From an uncultured Planctomycetota bacterium (GTDB lineage Bacteria > Planctomycetota > Planctomycetia > Pirellulales > Lacipirellulaceae), in NCBI GenBank assembly GCA_963719315.1, contig CAVRBU010000001.1, forward strand, positions 320,001-384,000: a stretch of 64,000 nucleotides of DNA, read 5' to 3'. Position numbers and translations under genes: made by a program. Under the pieces are notes generated by a model. That model was not told the DNA's origin, searched no databases, and saw only the letters and a list, made by a program, of their open reading frames with translations. Of this stretch, positions 50,526 through 60,814 are shown piece by piece. The first letter of the stretch is position 1, and every line of letters starts with the position of its first letter.

Positions 50526-51626
50526 CTACTTCGGCGAGTTGAACCGTGGCTGCGGGAGCGGTGCCGCATCGCCGATCCGTGCGTAGGCAGAGCTAACGGG
50601 CGGTGACTTGGGAGGATCACTTTGGGGTGTTGCAGGGGCAATCATGGGTGTGCCAGAAGTTGCCGGAATGGCCGCCATATCTGTCGCAGGCGCCGGCGAA
50701 GTATCACCCGTCACTGCGGCAGACACGGGGGCTTGAGCTGCAGTCGGCTGTGATGTTGGGATTCCGGCAGGCGAAGTGGGCGTTGTTGTTGCGGTGGCTG
50801 GCGTCGAGGTTGTCGCTGGCTTTGCAGCCGGCACGGCTACCTGTTGCGATGCTAACGCCACCTTCGGATCCGATGTCCGACCACCCTTCTTGTCCTCCTT
50901 GGCGAATCGTTGTGGGGGGTTAAACACACTTTCTTGCGATACGCTCACGGCCGGCATGCGTCGCGGGATCACTTCGTTCTTGGAGTTCTCGCTCTTGATC
51001 GCGGTGCCGGCGAATTCGGTGCCCTCGTAAATCGTGCCGTGCTGGAAAGGCCCTGTGCCGAATATCCAAACATCGTTGGCCGAGCTTTCCTGGCGCACGA
51101 TTCCCGACTGCCAGACCGGCATTCCTGTCGCCCGATGGTAGGCAAACACCGCGATCTTCGCCACGCCTCGCTGGTCCTTGCGTTTAGCGATCGGGATTTC
51201 CGGGATCGCGGCCGGCACCGGCTGCACGAGCGGAATCTGCGGCACATTCATCGACGGAATGCCAAATAGCAGGTCGTTACGGTCGGTGCCGATGGCCCCC
51301 GCCCGGGCTTCCACTATGAACTCGGCATCTTCACGTTTATCCTGCAGATCGCAGCCATTGGCCAGCAGTTGTTGTCGCAATGTGCTGATGAAGTAATTGC
51401 GGTCCACCGTGTCGCTGAGCTTGGAGTCGTCCAAAAATACGGTCTGACCGGAAAGCGGCTGCAGATTCATGCTCTGCACCGCGCGGTCGATCGCGTCGGA
51501 GATCAATAACTGCTCGGTGGCAGTCCGCATCGTGTCGGTAGAGCGAGTCACTCCGCAGCCAACGATTTGCATAACACTCGCGCCGACCAGCATGGCGAAA
51601 GTCAGAAATCGGCGGATGCAAAACAT
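50526..51626 (-). CDS. Conserved lipoprotein (DUF6655-like) with Pro/Thr/Ala-rich tail
   Basis: IVGC lipobox, RTATEQLLISDAIDRAV, VEARAGAIGTD. Confidence 0.7.
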   Translation of the reverse strand: MFCIRRFLTFAMLVGASVMQIVGCGVTRSTDTMRTATEQLLISDAIDRAVQSMNLQPLSGQTVFLDDSKLSDTVDRNYFISTLRQQLLANGCDLQDKREDAEFIVEARAGAIGTDRNDLLFGIPSMNVPQIPLVQPVPAAIPEIPIAKRKDQRGVAKIAVFAYHRATGMPVWQSGIVRQESSANDVWIFGTGPFQHGTIYEGTEFAGTAIKSENSKNEVIPRRMPAVSVSQESVFNPPQRFAKEDKKGGRTSDPKVALASQQVAVPAAKPATTSTPATATTTPTSPAGIPTSQPTAAQAPVSAAVTGDTSPAPATDMAAIPATSGTPMIAPATPQSDPPKSPPVSSAYARIGDAAPLPQPRFNSPK

Positions 51627-51849
51627 AAGCGCAGCGTCTCGAACGCGGGAACGAAAGGGGCAACGCGACGTTCGGCGCGTGCTAGCAAAAAATCCGCGAT
51701 CGCGGCGGCGGGATTATAGCGGAAGGCGCTACGCTCCCAAGACCAGAAGCGCATAACCAGGGAAAATAGGATGGCTAGGCTCGATGCGTAGCGACAGGCG
51801 GCCTGACTATCGCAATTATTTGCAAAACGCTGGGGCCAAGCCAACGCCC

Positions 51850-54438
51850 CTACTTTACGCTCGACCCGAATACATCACTCCGATTTACAGCTTGATTCTG
51901 CGAATTATCGCTATCAGTCGGCGTATCATCCGCATAGAACCGTGTGGTTTCCTCGGCGGCTAGCTTGATTTCCAGGTCGCGGCAGAGCACCTCGGCACGG
52001 AACACGTGCGTGCCAGGTTTCAACGCATGGGCCTGAATCCGCAGCACGACGTCGCGGCCGGCCGCAAGCTCTTCGATGGCCCGGAACGTAACGCGGCCGT
52101 CCGAAACCGTGTACATCGCGCCCTCGGCCTGCTCCGGTTCGATGCCCTCGGAGAACAGGGCGACGACGTTGATTTCCTTGGCCGAACTTGCGCCGCGATT
52201 GTGAATGCGGATCTCGTATATAGCCTGCGAGCCAACGGCAACCGGTCCTCTTGGGTCCACGACCTCGAGCTTCAAATCCGCAATCGCGACGACATTGGTT
52301 TCGGCCAGTTTGTCGGCGGTCAACTCGCCCTCGGCCGTGGCTGCCGTGATTTTGAGTCGGTTCGTACCGGGCATCTTCAAAACGCACTTCACTTCCATGT
52401 AATTGTCGTCGCCAGGAGCGAGCGTGCCGACGTGCCAGGCGACCTCGCGATGAACGGCGTCATACGTCTGGCCCTCGCTGGCACTGGTGAACTCGGCGCC
52501 ATCCGGCAACGCGGCGTGCACGGTTACCTCTTCGGCCGGAGCCGTTCCCGGATTACGAACGCGGACGAAATAAGTGGCCATTGTGCCGGCATACTTCGTG
52601 GCCGGCCCACGCCAATCGACTTCCAACTCCGGCTTGCGGCAGAAGATCTCCTTGGCGGCGTCGCACGATAGCCCGCCTTCGGCGGTCGCAATCGCTTTCA
52701 CGAACATCTTGCCGGCTTCCCGGGCCGTTAGCTCGACTTCGACCGTTTGGCTGGCGCCCGGCGCCAGATCTCCCAGCGGATGGCTGGTGACCGAGTCTTG
52801 TCCTCCACCCGGCGGCAATAGCTCGATCTTCACGTTTTCCGCAGGCCCGGTGCCTGGATTGGTGAGCGTGAGCTTGAACACCTGCGGCTTGTCGAAGAGC
52901 ACTTCGTTCGGCCCAGCGATATCAAGTTGCAACTTGGCTTCCTGCACCTCGACGATGGCCCTCGATCCGACCGGCGCCAGCGTCCACGAGATTCCCAACT
53001 CCAGCGGCCGACTTTCATGTGGCACCAGGCGAATTTCCAGCGTTTCGCTGGCGCGGTGATTGAGTCGCGTGAGCTGCCATTGCAGTTGGCCCTTCGTCGG
53101 GCCGTCCGGCGATGGCTGGACCATGCCCTGAGTGGCCGTTGTGTTCACGACCTCGGCGCCTGTGGGAATGCGAACCGTGGCGACAACGCCGTCGGCCGAG
53201 ACGTCGCTTTGATTCTGAAGCCGGACGCGATACACGGCTTCGCGGCCAACTTGTATTTTCTTCGGGCCCCGAATATCGGCGGTGAGAACGGGCGTTTGGC
53301 TGGAAACCAGGACGCTGGGGTCGCCACCGCTGGCCACTTGGAGCGCATCGCCGAAGGCTTCCTTGCCGCGGACGATTTGAGGCGCCGGCGTCGCCGTGCT
53401 CGTAAATGGCACGCGGACCGAATTGTTTGAACCGTAAGCCGACTTCGCGTGTTGAGCGGCGCCAAACGTGTCGCTTTCTTTGCGAATCGTCGGTTCTGTT
53501 GTCGGAGTCGTTGTTTGCGGCTGTTCCGCCATCGGCGCCTGCTTTTTCGGCCCAGCGAAGCTCTCTCTGGCAGCGTCGGTGGTCGGCAACGTCAGCGGAG
53601 AATCCGAGATGATCGCGTCGCCTTCCTCCTCCGAAACAGTCTCTTGCGACTGCGCTCGCTCATCCGCTTGGGCCGTCCGGGGCGTGGCTTCGCCCGAAGT
53701 CGCGGGGGCCGGGAAAGCCCCGGACAACTCCCGTCGCAACTCCTCAGGCGTGATATGGGGCGTTGTCCGTCGGCCGGGTGAATTTCGTGTCGGCGAGGTC
53801 GTGCCGGCGGCTGACGAAGCATTGGTTGGCGCCGCGATCGGTTCGCGGGATGCAGTGCGAACATTGCTCGTGTTCTGGCCGCCAAATGCTTGCGTTTTGC
53901 CTGGAAGCGAACGCGATGGCATGGCACTGGCCGAGCCAGCATTCGCCGGTTGATTGGTTCTGGGTGGCAACGGAGCACCGCCCAAACCGGGAAGCTCCGC
54001 CTCCTGCATCGTGGCTGGGTCCGGCGGAAGAGATTCGGATTGCGGGCCATCGATCGGTCGATTGTTCGTATTTGAATTATTGGTCGCAGTTCGCATTTGA
54101 TTCGACGGCTTCGCGACTCCCGTTCGGCCGGCATTGTTCTGCCCCGTTTTCGATGTGCCTTGCTGCGCAGGCTTTTCATTCCGCCAGCCGAACCAATTCG
54201 GCAGAAACGAATGCCCTGCGCTGGTTGAGGAGTCGACGAATTGCGTCGGCGCCGGCGAAACAACATACCGCGCACGGGAGTTCGCCGGGTCGATCGACTC
54301 ACGTGACCAACCTGGCCGTAAACCGGCCGCCCGCACGTCTGCCGGGGATGAATCGGAATAATCTTGGGCCAGCGTAGTGCTTGCCAATAATGTGCCTAGG
54401 ACGAGGCCGCTCGCAATCGCGAAACAGTGACGCGTCAT
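51850..54438 (-). CDS. Secreted protein with repeated DUF11/CARDB-like Ig domains
   Basis: Four repeats of type GP....G....Y..RV.N.G..A..V...LP.G; disordered N-terminal half. Confidence 0.8.
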   Translation of the reverse strand: MTRHCFAIASGLVLGTLLASTTLAQDYSDSSPADVRAAGLRPGWSRESIDPANSRARYVVSPAPTQFVDSSTSAGHSFLPNWFGWRNEKPAQQGTSKTGQNNAGRTGVAKPSNQMRTATNNSNTNNRPIDGPQSESLPPDPATMQEAELPGLGGAPLPPRTNQPANAGSASAMPSRSLPGKTQAFGGQNTSNVRTASREPIAAPTNASSAAGTTSPTRNSPGRRTTPHITPEELRRELSGAFPAPATSGEATPRTAQADERAQSQETVSEEEGDAIISDSPLTLPTTDAARESFAGPKKQAPMAEQPQTTTPTTEPTIRKESDTFGAAQHAKSAYGSNNSVRVPFTSTATPAPQIVRGKEAFGDALQVASGGDPSVLVSSQTPVLTADIRGPKKIQVGREAVYRVRLQNQSDVSADGVVATVRIPTGAEVVNTTATQGMVQPSPDGPTKGQLQWQLTRLNHRASETLEIRLVPHESRPLELGISWTLAPVGSRAIVEVQEAKLQLDIAGPNEVLFDKPQVFKLTLTNPGTGPAENVKIELLPPGGGQDSVTSHPLGDLAPGASQTVEVELTAREAGKMFVKAIATAEGGLSCDAAKEIFCRKPELEVDWRGPATKYAGTMATYFVRVRNPGTAPAEEVTVHAALPDGAEFTSASEGQTYDAVHREVAWHVGTLAPGDDNYMEVKCVLKMPGTNRLKITAATAEGELTADKLAETNVVAIADLKLEVVDPRGPVAVGSQAIYEIRIHNRGASSAKEINVVALFSEGIEPEQAEGAMYTVSDGRVTFRAIEELAAGRDVVLRIQAHALKPGTHVFRAEVLCRDLEIKLAAEETTRFYADDTPTDSDNSQNQAVNRSDVFGSSVK

Positions 54439-54595
54439 GATCGCATCCTTGCCATCAAGAAGAGAGAATCGTCGTCGGCGAGCTGGCAGCTTGGGGGGCT
54501 TAAGCGCGGTCCGACCGTGAATAGTCTGTCCAACTGTCGGTCGTATATCGGCCCGATCTGAACAACGAGTTTACCGATTCTGGAAAGAATTCCGG

Positions 54596-55687
54596 TTAAA
54601 CACTTTGGGGTACAAGAGAGACTTGGGGAATCTGCTGCCACTTGGGCGCTGAGCAGCGCGACATTTCGGGATTTTGAACGATTTCAAACCCTAAATCGCG
54701 GATCATTTGGTAGTCCGCTTCCGGAGATTGGCCCTTGGTCGTGAGATAGTCGCCCACGAAGATCGAGTTCGCCGCATACAGTGCTAGCGCCTGCATACTT
54801 CCCAGGTGCAGCTCGCGCCCACCAGCGATGCGAATCTCACGGTCCGGATTTACGAGCCGGAACATGGCCAGCACCTTCAGACAGTACCGCGGATTGAGAT
54901 CGCTGCGACCGGCGAGCGGCGTACCGTCGATCGGGTTGAGAAAATTCACCGGGATCGACTGCACGCCCAAATCGCGCAGCGTTATCGCCAGGTCGACAAC
55001 GTCCTGCCGTCGCTCGCCCATGCCGATGATCCCGCCCGAGCACATCTCCATACCCGCATCTCGCACGGCCCGGAGTGTGGCAAGCCGGTCGGCAAAAGAA
55101 TGGGTCGTGCAGATTTCGCCGTAGTAGGAATCACTCGTGTTGAGGTTGTGATTGACGCGATCCACGCCGCAGGCTTTTAGCTCGCGCGCTTGTTCAGGCG
55201 TCAGCAGGCCCAGGCAAGCGCAAATATTCAGGTTGTATTGCTGTTTGATCTCCGGCACGATCGTCGTGACGGCCCGCATCTCTCGCTCATTCGGACCACG
55301 GGCCGAGATCACGATGCAATACGTACGGGCAGCACGTTCTGCTGCCAGGCGGGCCCCTTCCAGCAGCTTGTCGCGACTGAGCAAATTGTAGCGCGGGATC
55401 TCCGCCTCGGAGACTTTCGATTGCGAACAATACGAGCAATCTTCCGGGCACAGCCCGCTCTTGGCGTTCATCAGAAAGTAGAGTTGCACCTCGTTGCCGA
55501 ACCAGCGGCGACGAACGCGATAGACGGCCGACATCAAATCGAGCAGCTCTTCGTCGGGGCACTCGAGCACCGATAACGCCTGTTCGTTCGATATCGAATC
55601 ATCGGCAAGCACGTCGTTTGTCAGTTGCTGCCACGGTGATTGTGGAATATCGCTGGAGGTTTCGGGAAAGGTGGTCGAGTGCGTCAC
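54596..55687 (-). CDS. bioB: Biotin synthase
   Basis: KSGLCPEDCSYCSQS radical SAM motif, NHNLNT, CSGGIIGMGE, IPVNFL, GDYLTT. Confidence 0.97.
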   Translation of the reverse strand: MTHSTTFPETSSDIPQSPWQQLTNDVLADDSISNEQALSVLECPDEELLDLMSAVYRVRRRWFGNEVQLYFLMNAKSGLCPEDCSYCSQSKVSEAEIPRYNLLSRDKLLEGARLAAERAARTYCIVISARGPNEREMRAVTTIVPEIKQQYNLNICACLGLLTPEQARELKACGVDRVNHNLNTSDSYYGEICTTHSFADRLATLRAVRDAGMEMCSGGIIGMGERRQDVVDLAITLRDLGVQSIPVNFLNPIDGTPLAGRSDLNPRYCLKVLAMFRLVNPDREIRIAGGRELHLGSMQALALYAANSIFVGDYLTTKGQSPEADYQMIRDLGFEIVQNPEMSRCSAPKWQQIPQVSLVPQSV

Positions 55688-55869
55688 GTTGGCTCCGAAT
55701 CGCTGATGGATGGCCCAAATTACCAGTCAAATACTGAGGCAGAGGATGCTTTCGTAGTATCGCTACCGTCGCGGCAAACGCAAGAGGAACTGCTACCGGC
55801 GGCTGGCCACGAACCACATGCGGTCAAAACAAGCTTGGCATCCGGCGGCACTAAGGCGAAGATAAGAAT

Positions 55870-56436
55870 ATGTCGCGTTATCATCTAGTTCGAGTCGGGG
55901 CCATGGGCCAAGTCGGCCGCTTTGCAGCGGTCGATTCCGTTCGTTATCCCCGTCATAGTCGTGTGATTGTGCGCACGCGCCGCGGGCTCGAAGTGGGCGA
56001 CGTTCTCACCCCGCCCGATGACCGCGACGATGGCTCATCGTTTGCCGACGGCGACCTGTTGCGCGGCGTTACCGTGCAGGACGAACTGTTACAGGCCCGA
56101 CTCGAATCGAATAGACAAGAAGCCTACGCGGCCTGCACGGCGATGCTGAGCGCGAGCGGCATTTCCGCCACGCTCGTCGATGTCGAACATTTGTTCGACG
56201 GCCAAGGGCTGTTCTTCTATTTCCTCGGTGACGTGACGCCCGAACTTGCATCGTACACCAATCGACTTGCCGAAACGTATGAGGCCAAGGTGCAATTTCG
56301 CAAATTTACCGAAACGCTAATCGAAGGCTGCGGACCCGGGTGCGGCACCGAGGAAGCCAAAGGCAACGGCGGCTGCGAGTCATGCACGTCGTGCGCAGTT
56401 GCTAGTGCTTGCGGCACAAAAAAAGCTAGCGACTAA
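55870..56436 (+). CDS. PSP1 C-terminal domain protein (RicT/YaaT-like) with Cys-rich tail
   Basis: VIVRTRRGLEVGDV, LVDVEHLFDG..LFFYF, GCGPGCG...GCESCTSC. Confidence 0.75.
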   Translation: MSRYHLVRVGAMGQVGRFAAVDSVRYPRHSRVIVRTRRGLEVGDVLTPPDDRDDGSSFADGDLLRGVTVQDELLQARLESNRQEAYAACTAMLSASGISATLVDVEHLFDGQGLFFYFLGDVTPELASYTNRLAETYEAKVQFRKFTETLIEGCGPGCGTEEAKGNGGCESCTSCAVASACGTKKASD

Positions 56437-56741
56437 CCTAGCGACGCCAAGAACTCGCTCATTTCGCCGGCCGCGTGATGATCGTTCTGAGTGGTCGCGG
56501 CCGTGATGCCGCTGCGGAGAATCGCGCGGGCATCATCGCTCCGCCCAAGTCGCGCGAGTTCCTGGGCGGCCATGAAGAATGCGGGCACGTACGGCGGGTC
56601 GTCGCGCGTGAGCTCTGCGAACTTCGTGAGGCTGGCCTCATGTTCGCCTACTTTGTCGAGCTCCATCGCTAAGCTGTATCGAAGGAACGTGTCGCTTGGT
56701 TCGTCGGCTAGCATGGCTTCGATCTTTTCGCGACGGCTCAT
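56433..56741 (-). CDS. Small TPR protein
   Basis: P.DTFLRYSLAME, YVPAFFMAAQ, HAAGEM. Confidence 0.8.
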   Translation of the reverse strand: MSRREKIEAMLADEPSDTFLRYSLAMELDKVGEHEASLTKFAELTRDDPPYVPAFFMAAQELARLGRSDDARAILRSGITAATTQNDHHAAGEMSEFLASLG

Positions 56742-56814
56742 CGACTATCCTTGGAATTGAGCGGATTAATGCGCCACCGAGAACACCGAGAGCACGGAGG
56801 AATCGAGCGATCGT

Positions 56815-57908
56815 TCACAGTTCACCGGTGATTTTTAATAGCGCGCCGAGTTTTTGTCGTTGTCGTGTCCTTCGCCGAGGACGGTGACGTAGAGCGCGCC
56901 GTCGGGACCGAACGCCAATGCGGTGGGACGGGCCGCTTCCGCGATTCTCACCGCGTCGCAAGCCGGCTTCCCAATTTCGCTCGCATCGTCGATGCGGTAC
57001 ACGCCGCCGCCAACTTTGCTCGGAGCAAGGTTGACCGCGTACAAATTGCCCGTCGTTGGGTTGTACGCCAACGCCGCTATGCGCTGCAACTTGGTCCCAA
57101 TTTCGAGAACGGTGCGACCATCGATGGGGCTCAAGTATTTCAACACGCTGGGCGCGTTCGATTGTGGGCCCGAATCGCAAGCGGTCACAACATATCCGTC
57201 ACTACCAACCGCCACACCGCTGACGGAATCACGGTGGTTGAAGTCATTGGTTCCCCGTTTGGCAACGACCAACGAGGCCGTGTCGCCAAGCGTGCTGGCC
57301 CGCACGGCAACCTTCCAGAGCCCAGCCGATTTAGTCTCCCCCATCGCGGCCATAACGAGTATATCGGCCACGCGATCGTTCGGGTGCGTTCGCGCGAGAT
57401 CGTGAAAGCAACTGACGCCCACTTTGTCCTTGTCGCCATTGCTCGGCAGTTCTACCTCCTGCTTCGACTCCTCAGCCTGAAGCGGAGCGTCCGATTCCGC
57501 TAAATCGTATAACCGCAGAAATGGTGTTCCAATTACTTCGCCGCCGGCTACGACCAACCGCGCGTGGTCGAGAAAAAAGAGCGAATAAACCCCGGGCTCG
57601 CCCTCAGTATGTTCTGTCTCTATGTTGTCCGTCGCAAAACCTCGGATAGCGTCGGCGGTTTTATCGGGCGTGCCGCTGTTGAATTGGAGGACTCGCCCTG
57701 CCCCGCGATCGGCCACAAACACCTCGTATTGCGAGCCGGCAGTTTCCGGTCGAACGGCGACGCCGTATGGCGCTCGCAAACCAGACAGCACGGTCTGTAC
57801 TTTTATCTTGGCGGCCGCTTCCTCAGCTCGGCTGGCTGTTGCCAGCGCCGCCGTAAGGGCGACTACGAAGAGATTGAACCAACCGCTAAGTATCCGTCGT
57901 TCGTGCAT
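56815..57908 (-). CDS. Secreted beta-propeller-like hypothetical protein (homopolymer frameshift near 56853)
   Basis: Signal peptide, PYGVAV, ALAYNP..G.LYA, PTALAFGPDGALYV; one extra A would give the ending LGALLKITGEL. Confidence 0.7.
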
Positions 57909-57913
57909 CAGTA

Positions 57914-58510
57914 TTAACCGGCGATCGCGTGCGATCGCTCGTATGCGGCGATCTTGTCTTCGTGTTCGAGCGTCAGACCGATGTCGTCCAGGCCGTGGAG
58001 CAGGCAATTGCGGCGGAAAGGCTCGATTTCGAAGACAAGCTCTAGGCCGTAGTCGTCGGAGAGTGTGCACGTTTCCAAGTTAGCTGTTAGATCATACTCA
58101 GGATACTTCGCATGACGCTGGAAAAGTTCTTCCACATGGTCTTCATGCAGCACGATGGGCAGCATGCCATTTTTGAAACAGTTGTTGTAGAAAATATCGG
58201 CAAAGCTGGGGGCCACAATCACGCGAATGCCCCAGTCCTGGAGTGCCCACGGGGCATGCTCGCGACTGGAGCCGCAGCCGAAATTGTGTCGCGTAATGAG
58301 CACACTGGCTCCCTTGGCCTTGGGATGATTGAGCTCGAACGCATGATTCAACGCCCCGTCCGGGTGCCGGGCCCAATCCCAGAACAAGAACTCGCCGAAG
58401 CCTGTCCGCTCAATCCGCTTGAGGAACTGCTTGGGGATGATCTGGTCGGTATCAACGTTGGCCCGGTCCATCGCCACAACGCGGCCGGTGTGTTTGGTGA
58501 AGGGTTTCAT
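57914..58510 (-). CDS. leuD: 3-isopropylmalate dehydratase small subunit
   Basis: NVDTDQIIPKQFL, NFGCGSSREHA, FADIFYNNCFKNG, GLDDIGLTL. Confidence 0.97.
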   Translation of the reverse strand: MKPFTKHTGRVVAMDRANVDTDQIIPKQFLKRIERTGFGEFLFWDWARHPDGALNHAFELNHPKAKGASVLITRHNFGCGSSREHAPWALQDWGIRVIVAPSFADIFYNNCFKNGMLPIVLHEDHVEELFQRHAKYPEYDLTANLETCTLSDDYGLELVFEIEPFRRNCLLHGLDDIGLTLEHEDKIAAYERSHAIAG

Positions 58511-59229
58511 ATATCTCTTACTTCAAGCGTGTAGAGCCAGAGATCATTATCGTCCTTTTCTCTCAAGAGCCGAAAAGAGAGGCCAAAAGTTGGCGAGTTT
58601 AGCCATCCTTCCACCGGTTCGACCGCGACGTAACTATCCTCGCCATGAACGAGGATTTGAAAATCGAGGTCATCGTGTAGGGCGTCGACAAGCCAGTATT
58701 CGCCGATGCCGGCGACATAGTAGCCGTCGTGCAGGAGCTTTCTGTCCTTTCGAATGGAGCTGATACTAACAATTTCGAGTATCCAATCCGGCGTGCCGAC
58801 GAGCTCCTGCGCGACACCCGGACGCGGACTGTCGACGATTCGGCAGCGACCCTGTTGCAAAGTTTCGCGCCTAGCAAAAATTGCATCCGGCTCCGTTGAA
58901 ATGTTCGCCGCCTCGTTACTCAACAAATTTCGATCGCCGAACACGCGACCGAGCCGTAGGCGTTTGGCGAGATTGTATATCGCCGCGCTGATCTCCATTT
59001 TGACGGCGTTATGTGATTCGAAGTGCTCAGGACTCATTTCGATTATCAACTCGCCTGCGACGAAGGTGTAGTGACCGCGTGTCGGAAACTCCCCGGACAA
59101 GGCCCAGTCGCGAAATCCGCGCAGAGAGTAGGCCGACTTCGGAATGGAAATCGCTTTAGAATCACCGATTGGAAACAAGGTGATTAATGGGCAGGGTGCC
59201 GCGGCAGATTCGGTGGTCGCAGTTGCCAT
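58507..59229 (-). CDS. Uma2 family (PD-(D/E)xK) endonuclease
   Basis: MSP..., EPD, PDWILEIVS.S...D......Y...GIGEYWLVD. Confidence 0.88.
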   Translation of the reverse strand: MATATTESAAAPCPLITLFPIGDSKAISIPKSAYSLRGFRDWALSGEFPTRGHYTFVAGELIIEMSPEHFESHNAVKMEISAAIYNLAKRLRLGRVFGDRNLLSNEAANISTEPDAIFARRETLQQGRCRIVDSPRPGVAQELVGTPDWILEIVSISSIRKDRKLLHDGYYVAGIGEYWLVDALHDDLDFQILVHGEDSYVAVEPVEGWLNSPTFGLSFRLLREKDDNDLWLYTLEVRDI

Positions 59230-59241
59230 ATCTTGAGTATT

Positions 59242-60652
59242 CTAACTCCATTCCCTCACATCCACAAAATGCCCCGCACACGCCGCCGCTGCGGCCATGG
59301 CGGGCGAGACGAGGTGCGTGCGGCCGCCGCGGCCTTGGCGGCCTTCGAAATTGCGATTGGAGGTTGAGGCACATCGCTCACCGGGTTCGAGCTTATCGGG
59401 GTTCATCGCCAGGCACATGCTGCAGCCGGCCTCGCGCCATTCGAAACCGGCCTCTTTGAACACACGGTCGAGCCCCTCTTTCTCCGCCTGTTGCTTTACC
59501 AGACCGCTGCCCGGGACGACCATCGCATTTACGTGACCGGCCACCTTGCGACCATGGATGATCGATGCAGCGGCGCGAAGGTCTTCGATCCGCGCGTTCG
59601 TGCACGAGCCGATGAACACGCGGTCGAGTTGGAGATCGCAAATCGCTTCGCCGCCGGCGAGGCCCATGTAATCGAGGGCGCTGGCCGCGGCTTTTTGCAC
59701 ATTCGGGTCTCCGAACTCGGCCGGCTTGGGGATGCGCCCGGTGACGGGCGCTGACCTGCCCCGGATTCGTGCCCCACGAAACTTGGGGTGCGATCTTTGC
59801 ACCGTCGAACGCGAGGGACTTGTCGAATTTGGCGCCCGCATCCGTCGGCAGCTTTCGCCAGCGGGCAACGGCCCGGTCGAACTCAGCGCCTTGGGGTGCG
59901 TGCGGTCGGCCGCGGAGATACTCGTAGGTCGTATCGTCCGGCGCGATGAGGCCGGCCCGCGCGCCACCCTCGATCGACATGTTGCAAACCGTCATGCGGT
60001 TTTCCATCGAAAGCGACCGAATGACCTCTCCAGTGTACTCCACGCAGTACCCCACGCCGCCACTCGTGGTGATCTCGCCGATGAGGTACAGAATGACATC
60101 TTTCGCGGTGACGCCCGGTCCCATTCGGCCATCGACGCGCAGCTCCAAAGTCTTGGCTTTCGATTGCAGCAGCGTCTGCGTCGCCAGCACGTGTTCGACT
60201 TCGCTCGTGCCGATCCCAAACGCCAGCGCCCCGAACGCGCCGTGCGTCGAAGTGTGGCTATCGCCGCAGACGATCGTCATACCGGGCTGTGTGTAACCCT
60301 GCTCGGGACCGATAACGTGGACGATGCCCTGCCGCGGGTCGTGGATGTCGTAGAGCGTGATGCCGAATTCGCAGCAATTATTGCGGAGCGTATCGATCTG
60401 CTGCTTCGAGATCGCGTCGAGGATCGGCAGGCTGCGATCGGTCGTCGGCACGTTGTGGTCAACCGTCGAAAGTGTGCGCTCAGGCCGCCGCACCGTGCGA
60501 CCCGAAAGGCGCAGGCTTTCGAACGCCTGCGGGCTGGTGACTTCGTGCACCAGGTGCAGGTCAACGTACAGAATCGCCTGCCGGCCTGGCTCATCGTAGA
60601 CGACGTGTTCGTCCCAGATCTTTTCGAACAGAGTGCGCGGTTTGATACTCAT
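59242..60652 (-). CDS. leuC: 3-isopropylmalate dehydratase large subunit (+1 frameshift near 59752)
   Basis: [71 protein letters not shown]. Confidence 0.96.
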
Positions 60653-60814
60653 CTTTCCCCTTCTCAAAGCTTAACTAGCAATTTTAGCTTCGATTGGGCG
60701 GCAAGGGAACGCTGCCGCCTAGCTACAGGTTGTGCGTGGGCTGCCGACCCCGCACCGATGAGACCTGGCGGTCGACATTTACGGCAGGGTCAGGAGACCC
60801 GCGCCAAACGTGTC

